NCBI GenBank assembly: GCA_964016885.1
Contig: OZ024755.1
Coordinates: forward strand, 6,448,001-6,512,000
Reading direction: 5' to 3'
Length of the DNA: 64,000 bases
Source of the DNA: Eledone cirrhosa
Lineage: Eukaryota
The first letter of the stretch is position 1. Every line of letters begins with the position of its first letter. This document shows, one piece after another, positions 57,421-64,000 of the stretch. The notes beneath the pieces are model-generated. The model was not told the origin of the DNA. It saw nothing but the letters and a program-made list of their open reading frames with translations, and ran no database searches. The translations under genes and the position numbers were made by a program.

Positions 57421-57864
57421 TATGATGAATGATAAATGGAAAGGCCATGAATATGTGATGAAAGAAATCCGGTAAAAGGATTAAAAGTAAAATATATGAG
57501 AAAGGCTTCAGTAGATAGTTCCTAGATAAGCAGCATAAGAAGGTATAAAATGTAGAATAGAAAAAGTGTAAGGGAAAACCTTTTGATGAAAAGAATAGAG
57601 ACTTGAGATACTACGAAATAAAAAAAATGAAAATGTTTTCTGAAAAGATTGGAGACATAAGCATAATATAAGGAAAGGGTTATGTTATGAAAGACTGAAC
57701 AGTGAGGAGATAAGACAAATGAGTGAATACTTCTAGCCAAAAGACAATGGAGACTATGATTACATTGGTCTAACAATTAAAGATACTTTCTGCTGGTCTT
57801 GGCAGAATTGTCACTCCGTCTTCAGTGATAGGAGGAAAGATTTGAACTCAATACGAATAGTATT

Positions 57865-58033
57865 GCAGTATCGGTAGAGGGTCGGACACCATGTTTTGCA
57901 GCAAAGAGTTACGGCCCTTTATGGTCTGAATTCAAATCCCGCCGAGGTTAACTTTGCCTTTCATCCTTAAAATAAGGTACCAGTAATACACTGATTTAAT
58001 TGCTAGCCTTGTGCCAAAAGTAGAAACAATTAT
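57865..58033 (+). mobile_element. SINE family A copy (small internal deletion)
   Basis: Body match. Confidence 0.88.
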
Positions 58034-58088
58034 AACATATACTGCAAAGCAATGAGTAAAACGTGCGGGATATAGTCTTATATAATAT

Positions 58089-58229
58089 ATAATTGTTTCT
58101 ACTTTTGGCACAAGGCCAGCAAATACCCAGTACATTACTGGTACTTTATTTTATCGACCCCGTAAGGATGAAAGGCAAAGTTAACCTCGGCGGGATTTGA
58201 ACTCAGACCATAAAGGGTCGTAACTCTTT
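58089..58229 (-). mobile_element. 5'-truncated SINE family A copy
   Basis: Reverse-complement match to the body. Confidence 0.9.
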
Positions 58230-58259
58230 ATATATAATGTATCTTAGTCAGTATGTAGT

Positions 58260-58277
58260 ATGTATATATATATATAC

Positions 58278-58308
<31 letters not shown>

Positions 58309-58501
58309 TATATGTATATGTATATATATATACATATATACACATATGTATATATATATACATATATGAATATATATATACATATATATATATATACATA
58401 TATGTATATATTTATACATATATGAATATATATATACATATATGTATATATATATATATACATATATGAATATATATATACATATATGTATATATATATA
58501 C

Positions 58502-58548
<47 letters not shown>

Positions 58549-59233
58549 CATATATGTATATATATATACATATATGTATATATATATACATATATGTATA
58601 TATATATATACATATATGTATGTATATATATATACATATATGTATATATATACATATATGTATATATATATATACATATATGTATATATATATATACATA
58701 TATGTAATTATATATATATACATGTATATATATATACATATATGTATATATATATACATGTATATATATATACATATATGTATATATATATATATATACA
58801 TATATGTATATATACATATATGTATATATATATATATACATATATGTATATATATATATATATACATATATGTATATATATATATATATATACATGTATA
58901 TATATATATATATACATGTATATATATATACATATATGTATATATATATATACATATATGTATATATATATATACATATATGTATATATATATATATATA
59001 TATACATGTATATATATATACATACATGTATATATATATACATACATGTATATATATATATATACATACATGTATATATATATATACATATATGTATATA
59101 TATATATATACATATATGTATATATATATATATATATACATATATGTATATATATATATATATATACATATATGTATATATATATATATATACATGTATA
59201 TATATATACATATATGTATATATATATATATAC

Positions 59234-59279
<46 letters not shown>

Positions 59280-59293
59280 GTATATATATATAT
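58260..59293. repeat. (TA)n array punctuated by CATATATG/CATG
   Basis: Directly visible in the sequence. Confidence 0.95.
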
Positions 59294-59470
59294 GTGGGGA
59301 GGGGGCTATGTGTGTATAATGCTAGTTCTTTAGCAATGTCATTGAAAGTTATCCTGAGATATATAACAGAAATGAATATGATTAGATTAGGTGACAAATT
59401 CAATATGAATATTGGAATATTGGTTTGGAAGAAATAAAAAAAAAACGATGAGATTCAATTGATATGGATC

Positions 59471-59515
<45 letters not shown>

Positions 59516-59619
59516 GGTGCCGTATTAACATTCTTGGGAAAGTTAAGCTTGGCGAAGCAGATCACTCTCCGGGTCTGAGTACAGCAGATTTCTTCCAGAG
59601 AAAGATATAAAGGGAGAAA

Positions 59620-59790
59620 GAGGAAAATGAGAAAGAATCCACCTCGATGGTACTTTTTTATCAACCTGGAATGGATGAAAGACAAAGTTGACATCGGTGG
59701 GGCTTGAACTCAGAGAACAGTGAGTCTGAAAGAATACCATAAAGTATTCATTCTATCCAACGTTCCAACGATTCTGCCAATTCTCTCGCC
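59620..59790 (-). mobile_element. Older SINE family A-related copy
   Basis: tggtacttttttatcaacctggaatggatgaaagacaaagttgacatcggtggggcttgaactcag...tccaacgttccaacgattctgccaa. Confidence 0.65.
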
Positions 59791-60346
59791 TATAGTAGAA
59801 AAGATAATCAATTCATAAATGTTTGAAAAATTGAATTTGTAATTGATGTCGCTAGTATGCCATATTTCAATTCCACCATTTCGCTCCTATTTAAAATTTG
59901 ATTTAGTGGTGTTTTGAGAAGCGGTATTCAAACTAGGAAGATATTAATTTATTAAGGCAACACAAACATTAGCTTTACAGAAACAAGCTGCATAATAAAT
60001 ATATAAGTAAATAGATAAATAATTATATTAATAAATACATAGAAGCATAAATACATAAATGATATAAATAAGTGGTGTATATATAAGGACAAGGAATGCG
60101 AATGAAGAAAATCAATTTTTCAAGAACTAGACGTGGCTGGGAGACAGAAATAATAAATGAGTAATAAAAAAAATCTTCAATATATATATATATGTGTGTA
60201 TATATATATATATATGTGTATATATATATGTATATATATATATATATGTGTGTGTATATATATATGTGTGTATATATGTATATATATATATATATATATA
60301 TAAATATTTATATATATATGTAAATAAATGTATATATATAAATATT

Positions 60347-60377
<31 letters not shown>

Positions 60378-61073
60378 GTGTTTGTGTGTATGTATATGTG
60401 TGTGTATATATATATATGTGTATATATGTATATATATATATATATATATATAAATATTTATATATATATATAAATAAATGTATATATATAAATATTTATA
60501 TATATATATGTATATATATATGTGTGTGTGTGTGTATGTATGTGTGTATGTATATATGTATATATATATGTGTGCGTGTATGTATAGTATAAATGTATAT
60601 ATATATGTATGTATGTATATGTATATGAGGAAAAATATAGGGAAAGAAGGCACATTATAAATATATTATATAGTACAACAATTGCTCTTTGCTTTCCATC
60701 TAATATTGCTTATTTATTAACATGGTTAAACGTTGAGGCCATGTTGGAAAAAAAAAATTAATCTTAAGAATTGCAGCTTTATGATTTTAATAATTTTCAA
60801 AATGTTCGCTTGAAGGCTTACATATGTGTATCCCGATACACACACAAGCTCTCTCTCACACACACACACACATATATAAGCTCTTTCTCACTCTATCTGT
60901 TTCCCTCTCTCTCTCTCACACACATACACACACATATATATGTATATATATATGAACATAATAAACACTCATATACGTACATATAAAAGTATGAGAATAT
61001 TTATATCTATCTCTAAATATATTGGTGGTGTTGTGTGGATGTGTGTTTACATTTATGCTGATATGTGTACATA

Positions 61074-61141
<68 letters not shown>

Positions 61142-61213
61142 GTGTGTGTCTGCATACACACAATTTATTATACAAGCATAACTAAATACGAATAAATATC
61201 TACTAATACCCCC

Positions 61214-61217
<4 letters not shown>

Positions 61218-61264
<47 letters not shown>

Positions 61265-61376
61265 TGTGCATAGATAATTACCTGTATGTATATATATATA
61301 TATATTCAAATATATATACATATATATATATTTATATATACATATATATATATATATATATAAATATATATATATT

Positions 61377-61420
<44 letters not shown>

Positions 61421-61446
61421 AATATATATATATTTACATATACATA

Positions 61447-61528
<82 letters not shown>

Positions 61529-61940
61529 CATATACATATATATATATAAATATATATATATTTACATATACATATATATATATATAAATATATATATATT
61601 TACATATACATATATATATATATAAATATATATATATTTACATATACATATATATATATAAATATATATATATTTACATATACATATATATATATATAAA
61701 TATATATATATTTACATATACATATATATATATAAATATATATATATTTACATATACATATATATATATATAAATATATATATATTTACATATACATATA
61801 TATATATATATAAATATATATATATTTACATATACATATATATATATATATAAATATATATATATTTACATATACATATATATATATAAATATATATACA
61901 TATATATATATATACATATATATATATTTATATATACATA
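61218..61940. repeat. (TA)n-derived ~34-40-bp minisatellite (TTTACATATACA...TAAAT)
   Basis: Directly visible in the sequence. Confidence 0.95.
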
Positions 61941-62225
61941 CTTATATACAGAGATATATAGATAAATAGATATACATAGATAGATAGAGAGATAGATATT
62001 TTATATACATATAAGAACTAGTATGTCCCTGTATATTTCAGTTTCCACTTTTTCTCATTAAAATGCGTGCAAAAATCACTCTTCAAAGAAATATGAACAG
62101 GCAGATTTTTTGAGTGTATAATCAATATATTGAAAATGGGAACATAGACAAATAGACAAATACACACATGTGCACACAGCTGCACACACAAGTGTGTGTG
62201 CTTGTGTGCGGGTTTCTATAAGGCG

Positions 62226-62270
<45 letters not shown>

Positions 62271-62488
62271 TTGTGTTTGTATATATATATATATATATAT
62301 ATTCATATATGTATTTATACATACAGATATATTTTCATATATACATATATATATATTATATATATATCTATATACATATATATATATATACACATATATA
62401 TATACATATATACATATAGATATATTTTCATGTACACATATATATATATAAATGTGTATAAATATATATACATAAATATATATATATA

Positions 62489-63442
62489 TTTTATTAATCA
62501 AAAGGCCAGGTGAAAAAGGAGAGAGAAAAGGAAAGAGAGGGAAAGGAGGAAAATCAGGGGGGAAAAGATGAGGAGAGAGGGGGAGGGTAAAATAGGAAGG
62601 AATGGAAGAAAAAAAGTGTACAGATCCCACCGTGGGAAGACACAGGTGAAAGAAACATGCAAAAAAGTAACAATGGAAAAATAGGGAAAGTAAGTTGTGG
62701 CTAACCTGAGAGACTTGAGCCTAACCTGAGAGACTTGAGCCTGGTGGTCAGGTACGACTCAGAGCTGGTATAACCGTGCTGCCTCTCGTATAGACAGGAG
62801 AAAGTGAGAGAGAGACACGGGCAACCGAAAGGGAGGAGAAGGGAAAGGGAGATAAATCCAGAAGGGTTTTTTTACGACGGTGGTAAAAACGAGCCGTAAA
62901 GATTGCGGAGAGAGAGGCCACCACGGCACGTGTAAACATGTCAACAATCAAAACCGAACGGATGGATAGAGAGAGGGAGATAGAAAAAAACGAGAGTGAC
63001 GAGGAGAAGGGAAGAGAGAAGGGAGGGTCGATGCGAAAGTGTGGAGGGTACACAGATCGACGAAAGCAGGTAGGGTCCCAGCGGTAAATACAAAAAGTTA
63101 TGAAACGGAAGGAGCTGTGTAGTTACTAAAGGTTTAAGATGGTGGTTAGGACGGAACAGGAGGAGAAAGGAAGAAAGGAGTTTCCATCGTCAGCTGTAAA
63201 TGTATCCCGAAACGATGTTTCGGTGCTGAATTACAGGACATCGGTGTAGTTCGGGTGCACCCGAGGCCTTTTATTAATCAAAAGGCCAGGTGGAAAAGGA
63301 GAGAGAAGAAGAGAGAACAAAAGTAGAGAGAAAAGGAAAGAGAGGGAAAGGAGGAAAACAGGGGGGGGGGGGGTGAGGAGTAAGAGAGAGAGGGAAAATA
63401 GGAAAGGAATGGAAGAAAAAAAGTGTACAGATCCCATCGTGG

Positions 63443-63445
<3 letters not shown>
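62489..63445 (-). mobile_element. Unclassified (TA)n-flanked element with terminal direct repeats
   Basis: 62489-62638 and 63269-63445 are direct repeats (ttttattaatcaaaaggccaggtg...aaagtgtacagatccca.cgtgggaa). AATAAA lies at the minus-strand 3' end of each. Confidence 0.65.
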
Positions 63446-63470
<25 letters not shown>

Positions 63471-63478
<8 letters not shown>

Positions 63479-63900
63479 ATACTTGGGGAGGGTCATATTT
63501 GTGTAATATTGCCAGAATTAATAACAGAACACACTCACTGTTTGGTTGGTTTTCGCTTTTCGCTTCTGGTGTAGAAAATACAATGCAACGTGAGGAAACA
63601 ATAGCACCAGATGTGCAACGAAAGAACTTTGATAAACTATATATATATATGTGTTTGTGTTTATATTGTATCTGTATTATTTTTGACCGTTGGTCAGTCA
63701 ATGGCAACATTTAGGACCGAATAAATTAGATTACCGATATAAAAGACACAGAAGTGAAAAGCGAAAACCAACCAAACAGTGAGTGTGTTCTGTTATTAAT
63801 TCTGGCAATATTACACAAATATGACCCTCCCCAAGTATAACAATATTTGTTTCGACACACGATTTCATATCAAAAACCTCGCAAAACTAATTCATCGCCG

Positions 63901-63901
<1 letters not shown>
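63471..63901. mobile_element. (TA)n-flanked element with ~98-bp near-perfect inverted arms and a one-sided tail
   Basis: 63471-63568 is the reverse complement of 63749-63846 (one mismatch seen), plus a ~55-bp extension to 63901. Confidence 0.75.
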
Positions 63902-63964
<63 letters not shown>

Positions 63965-64000
63965 ATGAATATGTGTGTGTAGATGTATACGTGTGCATGC

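Noticed and set aside
63180-63197. Minus-strand CTGACGA-tg-GAAAc
   Set aside because: No stem II or closing stem I.

Overview
This is eukaryotic, very AT-rich, repeat-dominated non-coding DNA, most likely intronic or intergenic sequence of an octopus (inferred from the tRNA/CORE-type SINE repertoire and the extreme (TA)n/(CA)n/(GA)n load). I found no credible host protein-coding exon. Nearly every ORF in the supplied track is a microsatellite artefact. Contents: more than 20 copies of one ~190-bp tRNA-derived SINE (several with clear TSDs); three further SINE types sharing a tRNA+CORE head; one hAT MITE; two mariner-type mini-MITEs; a 16-copy 53-bp minisatellite; and the 3' end of an RLE-type (R4/Dong-like) LINE inserted in a (TACA)n microsatellite. 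The most notable structure is a set of short elements, most embedded in or abutting (TA)n, from at least five unrelated families. They carry type I hammerhead-ribozyme motifs (CUGANGA...GAAA...UH with pairing stems), often in asymmetric fold-back (inverted) arrangements. One puts a hammerhead on each strand back-to-back. These look like Penelope-like element (pLTR) remnants or non-autonomous ribozyme-bearing retroelements. All calls come from reading the sequence by eye; coordinates of degenerate copies are approximate.
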